Part shown: positions 8,993 through 19,400 of the stretch, piece after piece
Layout: every line of letters starts with the position of its first letter
Position numbering within the stretch: the first letter of the stretch is position 1
Program-made: the position numbers and the translations under genes
Notes under the pieces: model-generated
What the model was told of the DNA's origin: nothing
What the model saw: only the letters and a program-made list of their open reading frames with translations
Database searches by the model: none
Origin: a virus
Lineage: Duplodnaviria > Caudoviricetes
DNA: 28,031 nucleotides
Strand: one strand, 5' to 3'
Virus record (IMG/VR): IMGVR_UViG_3300035548_000535
Span: 1-28,031 of that record

Positions 8993-9595
8993 ATGAAAAA
9001 AATCAGTTTTGTAAATTTCAACCCCAGGGGCATTAAGCCACTGTCGGATGAATTCAAAAAACACAAACTGCCCGTAGCCGATGTGGCGGCAACCAATATC
9101 CCAAAACGGGAAGATGGGTTTCAGATTAAGACTGCCACATTAACTTTTGAAAGCGGGCAAAAATTAATGGTCAAAATCAAAGCCAACGGATCAATTTTTC
9201 AAGTTCGACTTAATGGTAAGGTTGTCCCTGTTAAAAATTCGGAAGACCTTCATGAGCCGAAAAATCTTAAAAAAGCCGTTAAGGAAATGGCTGATTTTGT
9301 CGGTAAAAATGAGGCTGGTTACACTAAACAGAAAGAACGGCGCATGGGAAAAACAACCGGTACTGCTCCTAAACGCGCGTCCACCAGTGTTGCCAAGCAG
9401 CTCACTTTTAACAAGGCCCTGTCTCAGGATCTGCGGGAAGAGAATATAGAGCTTGAGCAAGGGTTGGCCGAAAAAAAACAGAGTGTTGATTCCAGGCAAA
9501 CCACAATTGGCACCCTGAAAGCCGAGCTTGAGACGGAACAGAATCGAAACGATGAATTGAAAGTTGAAATCAACAGCTTGTTGGAGGCGGAATAA
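8993..9595 (+). CDS. hdf: Hdf-like protein (DarA N-terminal domain plus coiled coil)
   Basis: 200 aa; TLTFESGQKL...GSIFQVRLNGKVVPVKN motif; immediately upstream of darA as in P1. Confidence 0.75.
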   Translation: MKKISFVNFNPRGIKPLSDEFKKHKLPVADVAATNIPKREDGFQIKTATLTFESGQKLMVKIKANGSIFQVRLNGKVVPVKNSEDLHEPKNLKKAVKEMADFVGKNEAGYTKQKERRMGKTTGTAPKRASTSVAKQLTFNKALSQDLREENIELEQGLAEKKQSVDSRQTTIGTLKAELETEQNRNDELKVEINSLLEAE

Positions 9596-12210
9596 TGTAT
9601 AATCCATACGCTGAAGGAACAAAAATAACTTTGGGGCTGGACCTGTTCGCCGAAGAGTATTCCGAGAAAGAGATAGGGGAAGTATACTATGATTTAACAG
9701 CTGACCCGGAACAGGAATTATTGTTACTGGAATCGGCATCTTTTCAAGAGATTGATGACCATTATAACCCGGGCGAGCTTGAAATGATCCTGGAAGCGAT
9801 CAAGATCAAGAGATTCTCCCAGACGGATTCTAAAATGCTGGCATTGGTCCGCGTCCTGAACAAAAACACAAAAAACAATATTTCCGTAGAAACTCCCATT
9901 ATCGGCAAGCCCCGAAAATCAGGCCTGTTCGCCACAGTTACAGTGCAAATCCCGTTCAGTGACGGGCAAGTCCTCAGCATTGTCTTTCACAGCCCGGGAG
10001 GCAATGAGCGTAAGATTCTATCAGAAGACGCAATTATTGCTTTTCGATGGCTTTTGAATAAACGGGATGTCACCCATGTGGTTTCTCCCGAAAAAGGTCA
10101 GGATGTTTCCCTGGAAAAAATTGCTAAGCGGGTCATGCAGATTGTGGCCAAAAATTCCGAGGCATTTCAGAAAAAACAGGCTCAAATCAAGGCTCAAAAA
10201 GCGGAGCTTGAGGAAACTATCAAAACAGTAAAGGCCCAGGAGACAAAAAAACAGGAAATGATGGGGTCCATTGCCGACTTGGACGAAAAAGCCGGTACCC
10301 TGGATGAGGATATTGATATCCTGAAAGCCAGGGTTGAAAAAATCAAGCAAGAGAATGCAGACCTTGAAACCCAGCTTGAGTCCTTGAGAACGCGTAAATC
10401 TGAACAAAGAGAACCGAATGACATCCGTGGGTACAGTTATGCCATTGAAAAAGACGGCAAGGTGATCGCATCTGGTAGTATTTCTTTGATGGGTGATTCT
10501 GGCCATGAGACATCGAAACTGGAATATTACAAGGATCTTGCTGATCGAGTTGAGGGAAAACTCTACCTTGGTAAGGAAAAGGGTTTCTCTGAAGAAAGAC
10601 CGGATGAGCCATTGATTATGGGTAAAGATGCCGTGATGGTTTATGATGCCAAGACAGCTGATAGAGAATCCGGCAGTAAAATTGAAGATAGCGACACCAA
10701 AGAACCCTGGGAAAGAACTAAAGAAGAATGGATATCAGCCAAAGCAAAAGAATTACATGACCAGGCTGTATTAAAAAATAATGTCTCTCTTCAAAGCAGG
10801 GCAAACAGCGATGCTTTTAAACGAGAAGCGGGGCTTGCACATGAAAAAGCAATTCGAAAAGCCCTGTCCGAAAATAAACCTGTACCCCCTGAAGTCCTTG
10901 CGGATTATCCGGATTTGGCCGAACAGCAGTCAGGTAAAGATACCAAACTTGACAAAATCCAAGCATCAATAGCAATCGGGAATCAACCAGATGAAGCTCC
11001 GTCCGGAAGTATAATCTTCAATGCCGCGCGTCCGATCTATGGCCATAATGAATGGCAGGGTGATTTTGCCTATGGGCGGTTTTACGCTGCAGTGGACCCA
11101 AACAAAGACCGTGCGGATTGGATGATTGAAGAAAATCGCACGCTGGATGCCTGGATTCTTGAATATATACCCAGAGAAGAATTTATTGCCAGGGCGCGGG
11201 CATATTTTAGAAATGCCTTTCCCAAGCTTGCAGACAAGGCCGAGGAAAAATATTCCGACGATCAATTTATTGAATCTTACAAAAATTACATAGGTAAAAA
11301 GGTCAATACCTATGGTGAGGTTAAGGCGGAGCTGGCCAAACCTGTCGGCAATAGTGCAAAGCCGGAACCGGAAAAAGAAGAGATCCCCATCCTGCCGTCC
11401 AAACAGCAGAAAGGAAACCCGGCAAAAAGAGCAGCAAAGATACTGCACTCCCTAAAGCTTGAGGAAAAGGCCGTAAAAGACGGATTCCATATCAAATTGA
11501 AAAACGGAGAGTATCAGGATCTTTCCATTGAAACCCACGATTCCGAGCATATTGACAAAGCCGATGGCAGCCGTCGGATCTATTTAACTCAATATATTAA
11601 AGAGGGTGGTGATCTGATCATTGACTCTGAAATGGTTTTCCTTGCAAATGCATATACCGGTTATCTCAAATTAGTTGAAATCGGACATCAAGGCCCCTTT
11701 GGGGAAATCAGAAAAACCAGCATTGGCAGACCTGAAAATAGTTGGGCAAATATATTCTCCAAGAATTTAATTGACCAGGGGTATGACAAGGCGAGTCCGG
11801 CTGAAGATAAGGAATCCCTAATGCTTCTTGATGAGCTTGATTCAATCGTCGTCGGCAACGAAGAGGGTAGGCCGGATTATATTGCCGACAAGATCGATGA
11901 GGTTTCAGGGAAACTCGCAAAAGAAGGTGTTCTTGATAAGTATCAGCAAGAAATTAACGCGGCAAAAGCTGTTCTTGCAGATGAGATAGCAAAGTCAAAG
12001 ACAACCGACACCGAACCAGACCTCGACGAAGCAACCCTTCAGATTGCCGAAAACCTCCTGGACGGACAGTATGATGACATGCCCATGGATGAAATATCAG
12101 ACCTCATAGAACCGGTTTTTGATTTGGATGAGGATAAGCACATGGGCCTGATGGAAAAAGTCGATTCTTACGCAACTGAACTCACCAAAAAGAAGGCCCA
12201 GGCCATATAA
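9595..12210 (+). CDS. darA: DarA-like defence-against-restriction/head protein with extra internal domains
   Basis: FSDGQVLSIVFHSP and AFRWLLNKRDVTHVVSPEKG DarA_N motifs followed by a coiled coil; synteny. Confidence 0.82.
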   Translation: MYNPYAEGTKITLGLDLFAEEYSEKEIGEVYYDLTADPEQELLLLESASFQEIDDHYNPGELEMILEAIKIKRFSQTDSKMLALVRVLNKNTKNNISVETPIIGKPRKSGLFATVTVQIPFSDGQVLSIVFHSPGGNERKILSEDAIIAFRWLLNKRDVTHVVSPEKGQDVSLEKIAKRVMQIVAKNSEAFQKKQAQIKAQKAELEETIKTVKAQETKKQEMMGSIADLDEKAGTLDEDIDILKARVEKIKQENADLETQLESLRTRKSEQREPNDIRGYSYAIEKDGKVIASGSISLMGDSGHETSKLEYYKDLADRVEGKLYLGKEKGFSEERPDEPLIMGKDAVMVYDAKTADRESGSKIEDSDTKEPWERTKEEWISAKAKELHDQAVLKNNVSLQSRANSDAFKREAGLAHEKAIRKALSENKPVPPEVLADYPDLAEQQSGKDTKLDKIQASIAIGNQPDEAPSGSIIFNAARPIYGHNEWQGDFAYGRFYAAVDPNKDRADWMIEENRTLDAWILEYIPREEFIARARAYFRNAFPKLADKAEEKYSDDQFIESYKNYIGKKVNTYGEVKAELAKPVGNSAKPEPEKEEIPILPSKQQKGNPAKRAAKILHSLKLEEKAVKDGFHIKLKNGEYQDLSIETHDSEHIDKADGSRRIYLTQYIKEGGDLIIDSEMVFLANAYTGYLKLVEIGHQGPFGEIRKTSIGRPENSWANIFSKNLIDQGYDKASPAEDKESLMLLDELDSIVVGNEEGRPDYIADKIDEVSGKLAKEGVLDKYQQEINAAKAVLADEIAKSKTTDTEPDLDEATLQIAENLLDGQYDDMPMDEISDLIEPVFDLDEDKHMGLMEKVDSYATELTKKKAQAI

Positions 12211-12237
12211 CCCGAAAAGGAACTGAAAGGAATAAAG

Positions 12238-12588
12238 ATGTCGTTATCATTCAAAGAAAAAAATCAGATCCGAAAACAGATCGGGCAGCAAATGACCAGG
12301 CTTGACGGTGCGGAAGGCTTGACTTTCAAAGAAAAGAACCGGGTCCGAAAAGAAATAGGGCAACTGCTTGCCAAGTTGGAAGCCAAGTTGGGCAAGGCTG
12401 AAATCAAAAATAAAAAATTGCAGGATCTTATAGACGGGAAATACATGAGCGTCGACCCGGAGCGGTTTCTTGTCATCCTGAAAGAAATTGTCGATGAAAT
12501 AGGGGATATCGGGCCTGTAAAGGGGCCGGTTAACGAATACCTGAAGAAGAATACACCTGTTAAAAAACAAGAGGGCATAAATGCTTGA
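12238..12588 (+). CDS. ddrA: DdrA-like small protein
   Basis: 116 aa directly after darA; internal duplication L(S/T)FKEKN.(I/V)RK.IGQ; name rests mainly on synteny and size. Confidence 0.5.
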   Translation: MSLSFKEKNQIRKQIGQQMTRLDGAEGLTFKEKNRVRKEIGQLLAKLEAKLGKAEIKNKKLQDLIDGKYMSVDPERFLVILKEIVDEIGDIGPVKGPVNEYLKKNTPVKKQEGINA

Positions 12589-12955
12589 ATTAACACCAGA
12601 CAAATGGAAATTAATCCGGAAAATAAATAAAACGTGGAATGATAAAATCCAGTATGAATCTGATTCCAACCATTATCATAAAGCGGAGCATTGGGCATTT
12701 CCATTCGATGGCACAGGGGATTGTGAAGATTTCGCCATTGCCAAGCGCCAAGCCTTGCTAAGCCATGGGATTGATTCAAGATTTGCAACCTGTTGGTGTG
12801 AAACCGGCGGTTATCATGCAGTGCTGGTTGTGCAGACCGATCATGGCTATTTTATCCTTGATAATCGTCATGATGACGTCAAGGGTTTTTCTGAACTGCC
12901 CTATAAATGGGACAAAATCGAGAGGGAGAATGGCAAATGGTACGTTATTGTATAA
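12581..12955 (+). CDS. Transglutaminase-like cysteine peptidase (BTLCP / peptidase C93) catalytic core
   Basis: GDCEDFAIAKR (Cys), HAVLVV (His) and ILDN (Asp) catalytic triad; no signal peptide. Confidence 0.88.
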   Translation: MLELTPDKWKLIRKINKTWNDKIQYESDSNHYHKAEHWAFPFDGTGDCEDFAIAKRQALLSHGIDSRFATCWCETGGYHAVLVVQTDHGYFILDNRHDDVKGFSELPYKWDKIERENGKWYVIV

Positions 12956-13107
12956 TATTAATTCTATTGGTTGGGATCGGGTGTATCCCTGCCGATCTTC
13001 CACAGTCTGGCGGCCATATCAACACTGGAGAAGAAGTCACTCCCCCGTATGGATATATTGATTATATGGACCATTGCCAAGAAAATAGCAAGGAGGCCGT
13101 TCAATGA
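12937..13107 (+). CDS. Small putative lipoprotein (56 aa)
   Basis: GAGGGAG RBS, ATG 12937; MVRYCIILILLVGIGC hydrophobic signal ending in lipobox-like GIG-C; overlaps both neighbours. Confidence 0.6.
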   Translation: MVRYCIILILLVGIGCIPADLPQSGGHINTGEEVTPPYGYIDYMDHCQENSKEAVQ

Positions 13108-13586
13108 CTTGGAGAAAACTGAAAGGCATTCAGCGGTTCATACCGTCTGAATTCTCGGAAGATCCTGAAAAATACGCGGACCCGGAATTGATTTATGCTT
13201 TAGATTCTTTTGCTATTGCCCTTGGATCACCGGTCCATCCGTCTCCAGCACCTGGGGCATTAGCCCGGTTCGACGGGTCCGTGACATCAAGGCACTATGC
13301 TATAAATCGGCGAAGCGATGGGAGTGACGTCTTTTGCAGCTGCCCTATTTTTAAGGCCTGGTCAACGGCATTACAAGCAGGTGAATTTAACGGCATAGGT
13401 GTTTATTTTGATACCCATTACCGGGGCGATTCATGGCCAATGCTACACCTCGACATGAGACCTCCTGGAAAACGCATCGTTTGGTTCCGGGATGAAGAAG
13501 GCCGGTATCATTACCCTAAAACCGACCCTGATTTCTGGCAGAACTTGGTTGACAGATTGGCTGTGCAAGTAATGATGAAGGGATAG
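13104..13586 (+). CDS. Peptidase M15-like Zn metallopeptidase, candidate endolysin
   Basis: SRH...D motif, GIGVY and LHLDMR (HxD) pattern of the M15A/Hedgehog-like fold. Confidence 0.7.
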   Translation: MTWRKLKGIQRFIPSEFSEDPEKYADPELIYALDSFAIALGSPVHPSPAPGALARFDGSVTSRHYAINRRSDGSDVFCSCPIFKAWSTALQAGEFNGIGVYFDTHYRGDSWPMLHLDMRPPGKRIVWFRDEEGRYHYPKTDPDFWQNLVDRLAVQVMMKG

Positions 13587-13606
13587 CGGAGTATTGAGGC
13601 CGGATA

Positions 13607-15079
13607 ATGACAATTGTTATACAGAACAAGATCAGAAAAGCCGCCTGTTTTGATGATATAGTACAAGCATTTGGCGAGCACTTCGGATTTAATGTTGAAT
13701 CATGGAAACACCAGGCGGATGAAGGGCGGGCCATCCTTGAAAAAATAGATTATGCCCGAAGTCTGTCCAATCCCATTGACAAAGCTATCGCAGGGGCCAG
13801 TATGTCTGAAAATTTGCCTTCAGACAAAGCTCTCAGATTTGCCGGTCTCGATCCAGGCACCTACAAGGCCAATGTGGCGGAAATCTTTCCGTTGGCTGAA
13901 AATGGAAAACCAGAGACAAGTCTCGGCAAAGTGACTTATGAGCAATACTTTAAGGACGGGGTTTTGTCCCCGGATGTGAAGAATATTGCTCAAAAGCATT
14001 TCAAAATATCCAGTCAGATTGAAGACCTGCGGAAAAGGGTTGCTGAAAAAACAGCGGAAATAAATAAGCGCACCCAAGAAAAAGTTGATGAATATTATTA
14101 CAAAAGCGATCTTTCAGAGGCTAAGGACAACATCGTCCGTGTAAATAGAAAGATATCGGAGTTAGGGAAAAAGTTACAACGAAAGATCAACAATGGCGCT
14201 ATATCTATAGAAGAAGCCGACCGTGAATATACCAAATTCAACAAAATCTATAAGGATCAGGCAAAAAAAGACTGGGAAACGTTAAACAGGATACAGGGTG
14301 AGGTGGCTGAAATATATAAACGCTCAGTCATTGAGGTCAATAACGCCTGTGGGAATCTTAATAATGATATTGAAAAGCTTACTACCGAAAGCTTAAAACC
14401 GGCAACCCAGGAATTCTATGAGAAAACCGTTTGTTTCATTCTTGATTCTTCTCCAATCTCAAAAGAAAAAGCCACTATATGGGCTGGATCGCAGTCAATC
14501 ACCGACAGCGCAAAACGACGACTCAAAAAACAAGGTTATCCAGTAGAACAGCTCAAAGAAGATATGGCGGAATTTTACCGGCTGTGTGGTGGGCGTGTCG
14601 AGACATTAGACATTCTTACTGATAGAAAACGGCGGGCACATGCTGATGTCTACGAGAAAAAAGTCTATCTCGATTCCGATTTCAACAAGACCGCACTTTT
14701 TCATGAAATGGCCCATTTGTTGGAAAGCAATGAGCACATCAGAAGAGCGTCCAACCATTTCCGGGATAAGAGAACCCAGGGAAAATCGCTTAAATCCCTT
14801 CGGACATTAACGGGGAACAAAGGATATAAGCGCAATGAAAACGCTTTTGAAGATGGCTTTATTGATCCGTATGTTGGGAAATACTACTCCAGCGGGATGA
14901 CCGAGGTTTGCAGTATGGGGTTCCAGCAGTTTGCAACCCCGGACAAAGCAATGGTTTTCTATCAAAAAGATCCCGAAATGTTCCAGTTTATTTTTGGGAT
15001 GATGAACTCCCCAATTACGGACTTGGAAAAAAGAAGGATAGACGCTGCCGGAAAAGCCGGGAAGGATGGTGATAAATAA
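13607..15079 (+). CDS. ddrB: DdrB-like virion protein with C-terminal zincin (HExxH) domain
   Basis: FHEMAHLLE and YVGKYY...TEVCSMGFQ motifs; position downstream of darA/ddrA. Confidence 0.6.
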   Translation: MTIVIQNKIRKAACFDDIVQAFGEHFGFNVESWKHQADEGRAILEKIDYARSLSNPIDKAIAGASMSENLPSDKALRFAGLDPGTYKANVAEIFPLAENGKPETSLGKVTYEQYFKDGVLSPDVKNIAQKHFKISSQIEDLRKRVAEKTAEINKRTQEKVDEYYYKSDLSEAKDNIVRVNRKISELGKKLQRKINNGAISIEEADREYTKFNKIYKDQAKKDWETLNRIQGEVAEIYKRSVIEVNNACGNLNNDIEKLTTESLKPATQEFYEKTVCFILDSSPISKEKATIWAGSQSITDSAKRRLKKQGYPVEQLKEDMAEFYRLCGGRVETLDILTDRKRRAHADVYEKKVYLDSDFNKTALFHEMAHLLESNEHIRRASNHFRDKRTQGKSLKSLRTLTGNKGYKRNENAFEDGFIDPYVGKYYSSGMTEVCSMGFQQFATPDKAMVFYQKDPEMFQFIFGMMNSPITDLEKRRIDAAGKAGKDGDK

Positions 15080-16002
15080 TGGGACAGGCAATAGATATTA
15101 TGAACACTTACCCGGAAACGCCATATCTTTTCGAGGTCAATACCATGATTGGACCGGGTGCAATTCGGATTGACGAGACCCAATGGGATGTGCCGGCAAA
15201 GATCACGATTGAAGATTACGGGCTAAACGGCGTTGCTCTTTGCATACGGGACTTTTTTCAAAAATACGGGTTCGGCATGGAGGGAAAGTTTATTTCTCTT
15301 AAAGCAGCATCCCCTGTGGATATTGACCGGGCTCTTGCCTTGTATTTCGAAAAGGAGGATGCTCCGATCAAAGGGTTCAAGATCATATGGGGATTTGTGC
15401 CAGAAGAATCGCCGGACGATGACCCTTCCCTTGATGATTCGGCAGGCATTTTTGAAAGCGCCCTGGCATTCAAGGAAAAGAAATTCAAGCTCCAGGACAG
15501 CTATCAATTCCAGGGACTCCCTATTTCCATTGAAAATAAAAAAGGGTCTTACCGCCGTGGTGTTGACCCGGGTGGCCATGAATGGAAAATCCGGATGTCT
15601 TTTGATTATGGTTATATTCGAAAAACAAAAGGTGCCGATGATGAAGGCGTTGACGTTTATGTGGGCCCGGATCGTTCCGCAAATCATGTTTATATCGTAA
15701 AGCAACACAAGATAGAAATGATAAAGAAGTGGGAGGGCGAATACTGCCCGGATTGCAATGAACACGTTCACGATTGCGCCTGTCCCAAGTATTTTGACGA
15801 GGATAAGGTGTTTATCGGGTTTCCGAATAAAAAAGCCGTGGTCGAGGCTTATGGAAAGCAATATGACTCCCCGCTCTTTATGGGTCCCATTTCAACCATG
15901 ACCATTGAAAAATTCCGCTCCATAGTTTGCGGCCCAAAAGAAGAAGTCAAAATCCCCCTGCAATTTGTAGGAGAGTCCTGCAAACAGCAAAAAGAAAATT
16001 AA
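15079..16002 (+). CDS. Two-domain protein: N-terminal domain at the P1 Hxr position fused to an inorganic-pyrophosphatase-like domain of polyvalent proteins
   Basis: FQGLPISIENKKGSYRRG, DYGYIRKTKGADDEGVDVYVGP and FDEDKVFIGF motifs; acidic linker; Cys/His-rich insert. Confidence 0.75.
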   Translation: MGQAIDIMNTYPETPYLFEVNTMIGPGAIRIDETQWDVPAKITIEDYGLNGVALCIRDFFQKYGFGMEGKFISLKAASPVDIDRALALYFEKEDAPIKGFKIIWGFVPEESPDDDPSLDDSAGIFESALAFKEKKFKLQDSYQFQGLPISIENKKGSYRRGVDPGGHEWKIRMSFDYGYIRKTKGADDEGVDVYVGPDRSANHVYIVKQHKIEMIKKWEGEYCPDCNEHVHDCACPKYFDEDKVFIGFPNKKAVVEAYGKQYDSPLFMGPISTMTIEKFRSIVCGPKEEVKIPLQFVGESCKQQKEN

Positions 16003-16004
16003 GA

Positions 16005-16481
16005 ATGGAGGCCCTTTTGAAAATTGATATTCTAACTACTGACTGTACAGAACGCCTGGGAAACCGACTGTGGGTGTTAACCCAACCATTTATTTTCACC
16101 ATAGATGGGAAATCCTACACGATTCCCACAGGCTTTGTTACCGACGGGGCCAGCTGCCCCAGGCCGCTTTGGTCGATCTGCTCTCCCGTGGCCGGACCGT
16201 TTGGCCAAGGGGCTATTCCCCATGACTGGTTTTATAACGAGGGGCCGGACATCGGTCGCCTTCAGGCAGACATGGTGCTTTACGCCATAGGGAGGTTTCG
16301 GGGTGCAAACATTGCCCGTGCCCAGGCCGTGAAATCCGGCGTCAACATGTTTGGATGGATGAATTATAAAAAAGGAATCGACAAGCTTACCGATGCGGCT
16401 TGTTATGACTTGGAAAAAGCCAGGGTCAGGGTGGCGGAATTAATAAGCCAGCGGTCACCTGGTCAGTTAATAACAGTATAG
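16005..16481 (+). CDS. DUF1353 family protein
   Basis: IPTGFVTDGASCP and AIPHDWFY...ADMV motifs; ATG 16005 directly after the upstream stop. Confidence 0.85.
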   Translation: MEALLKIDILTTDCTERLGNRLWVLTQPFIFTIDGKSYTIPTGFVTDGASCPRPLWSICSPVAGPFGQGAIPHDWFYNEGPDIGRLQADMVLYAIGRFRGANIARAQAVKSGVNMFGWMNYKKGIDKLTDAACYDLEKARVRVAELISQRSPGQLITV

Positions 16482-16495
16482 AAAAGGACTCTCTC

Positions 16496-19400
16496 ATGTT
16501 GGATACCACTCTCGTTGAGAATGATTTAGTTTTAGAAAGGGCATTACAGCCAGACATCTGGAGCCGAATAAAAGACGCACAATCATACCAGGATATTGCC
16601 CTGGTTTTTGCGGATGTTTATGGATTGAAAAATGTTCCGGGGCTGGCAACCGGCCCAACCGCTTATAAAAATGAAAATTCGGATTTCGGGTTAAAAGTAA
16701 GGGGCATTAAGACCCGGGAAAAAATAAACGCCAAAGCCAGGGATATCTTGAAAAAAGCAGACTCCCTGAAAGATCTGTCCCAAGAGGATATTGATTTCCT
16801 GAAGCAATACTCCGGACGTGGCGGACTGACGGAAAACTCCCAGTTCGAATACTACACGCCCACTCCCATAGCCGAGGGTGTGTGGGATATCTTGAAAATG
16901 CACGGGTTCAAGAATGGTAATGTGCTGGACCCCTGTACCGGTGCCGGGGTATTCCCCTCCACAAAACCGGAAGGTGTCTTGATGACTGGGACGGATATCG
17001 ACCCTGTGGGCTCCAAGATTGCCCAGATGTTCAATCCTGAAGATTCCATCAATAACGGTTCTTTTGAATCCCTGGTGGTCAAAACCGATGATAATACTTT
17101 TGATTCCGTGGTCGGAAATGTGCCGTTCGGCAATGCTCGTGGAAAAAACATCCATGACGACCCGGCATACAAGACCGAGAAAACCATCGAACGGTATTTC
17201 CTATTGCGGATCATGGACAAACTCAAGCCCGGCGGCCTGGCCTGCCTGGTGGTGCCCATTAATATTGTCGGTGCTAAAAATGACAAATGGAAACACTTCC
17301 GTATTGCCATGAGCAAGAAGGGTGAGTTTCTTGGAGCACACAAACTTCCGTCCAAGGCATTTGGGGCGCAAGGCACAGATACGGTTGTCGATATCGTTGT
17401 TTTTAAAAAACACCCGAAAGACCTGCTCGAAAAGATTGATGATATTGACTTTGGATCCTTGAAGGAATCAAAGGTCGTATGGGACGAATTCATCAATGGA
17501 CAGTATTGGATGGGTGAAGGAAAGCGGTTCATTCAGGGAAAATACGTCCCCAAGGCAGTAGGGGAGCGGTGGAGCAGGGAGACGGTTGATGGTGATATCG
17601 ACCCAATTGCGGTCAAGAAAAAGCTTGCACAGCAGTTTAATTCCCGGATTGACTGGGATGCCCTAAAAAGTGCCCCTGTGAATATTAAGAATTATGCCGA
17701 TGGCGATCAGAAAATAATCAACGGTATTCAATACGAAATGCTGGATAATGAATGGCAGCGGGTCCACCAGGCCGAAAAAGAAAGTATTGGTGTTGACGAA
17801 AACAAGTATGGTGCCAAAACCATTGAAGACCTTAAAGCCATCCTTGCTTCCCCGGAAGGATCATTGCAGTTGACTGCCAAACAGTTATTTGCTGTTTATA
17901 AAACCTGGCCGGACATGCTTTCCACTCTGCAAAAAGACGCAGTTGAATTTTCCATGAGCCAATCCGATGAAAAATTTCACGAGCAGGCCTGCCGGGGTAC
18001 TATTATTGGTGGGCTTTTGGGTAGGCTGAAAGCCAACCCGGACGAAGATGAACGGACCCGCCTGCAAGAAATGGTGGTCGCTGAGATAAACAAGTACGGC
18101 CACCCGAAAAACAATGGCCAGTTATGCCTGACCGGTTCTTCTTCCCGTGAATTCGGCCTTTTTATGAATTCCGTGGGTGAAAAAGGGCAGTTCTCTGATT
18201 TTCTGGCCGGTACCCTGAAAACCGATAAAAGTGAGTTTGATTCCACCAATGTTCAATCCATCGTTGAACACCTGTTCGTCCGGGAGGGCATCCATACCAT
18301 TGAGCTTGAGGATGTCAAAAAACTCTATGCTGGCACCATGAAACTGGATACCCTGGGTGATCTGGCTCAGGTGGAGAACATTGCCATCACAGCAGAGGGC
18401 ATGATCATGCCTTTCGGCAGATACACAGCCGGGGATATTTATGTCAATGTCCAGGCCATGACCGATGCTATGGCAGATGAGGAAGACGACAGGATTACGG
18501 CAAAATGGCAACAACAGATAGATGCCATCAACAAAAAACGCAAGGTCACGGCAACCGAAGATATCAGCTTTGGATTGCAGGACAAATGGTATCCGAAAGA
18601 ATATCTGATCAGTTTCCTTCGCGAAAACGGTTACCCGAACGTGAAATATGGGTATTATGAGAAAACTGAAAAAGAAGATCCTCTTGATGGGTCTGTGTTC
18701 AAAAGCAAACAGTTTGTCGAAGACGCAAACGCAATCGGCGGGGAAATCATAGGTATTGAAGGGAGCGGTTTCCCCAAACAGTTTTTAAAATACCTGAACG
18801 GCGGCAAAATCACATCTTCCAAAGCAGAATATATTGAGCAATACAAAAACGAGTGCAATGCCATCACGGAAAATTTCAATGCCTGGATGCAGCAACATGA
18901 AGATATCGACCAGGTTGCGGCAACCTACAATCGAAAATTTAACGCGTTCCTGCCCCATGAATACGAAGATACCGATTTGCACCTTGAAGGTTTTTCAAAA
19001 CAAGTGAAGCTACATGGATACCAAAACTCTGCTATCCGAAGACTTTCTGAAGAAGGCCGGGGCATTCTGGGGGATGATGTAGGGCTTGGAAAAACATTCA
19101 GTGCAATCGCCCTGGCTCAATATAACAAACAGATGGGCAGATCTAAGAAAACCTGTATCGTGGTCCCGGATGCAGTCCTGGCCAACTGGTATCATGAAGT
19201 CAACTTTCTTACCGGCAACATGAACGACGTCCTGTTTGTTGGTTTTGAACCCAAACGGGACAAAGAAGGCAATATTATCCGTGAAGCCGTGAAAGATGAA
19301 GCCGGGCAGAAAAAGATTAATAAGCTTACTGGAAAAGCCGAATATCAGGATGTGTTGATAAAGCGCAAATCTAAAAAAGAGATCTGGGAAAAAATGTGGG

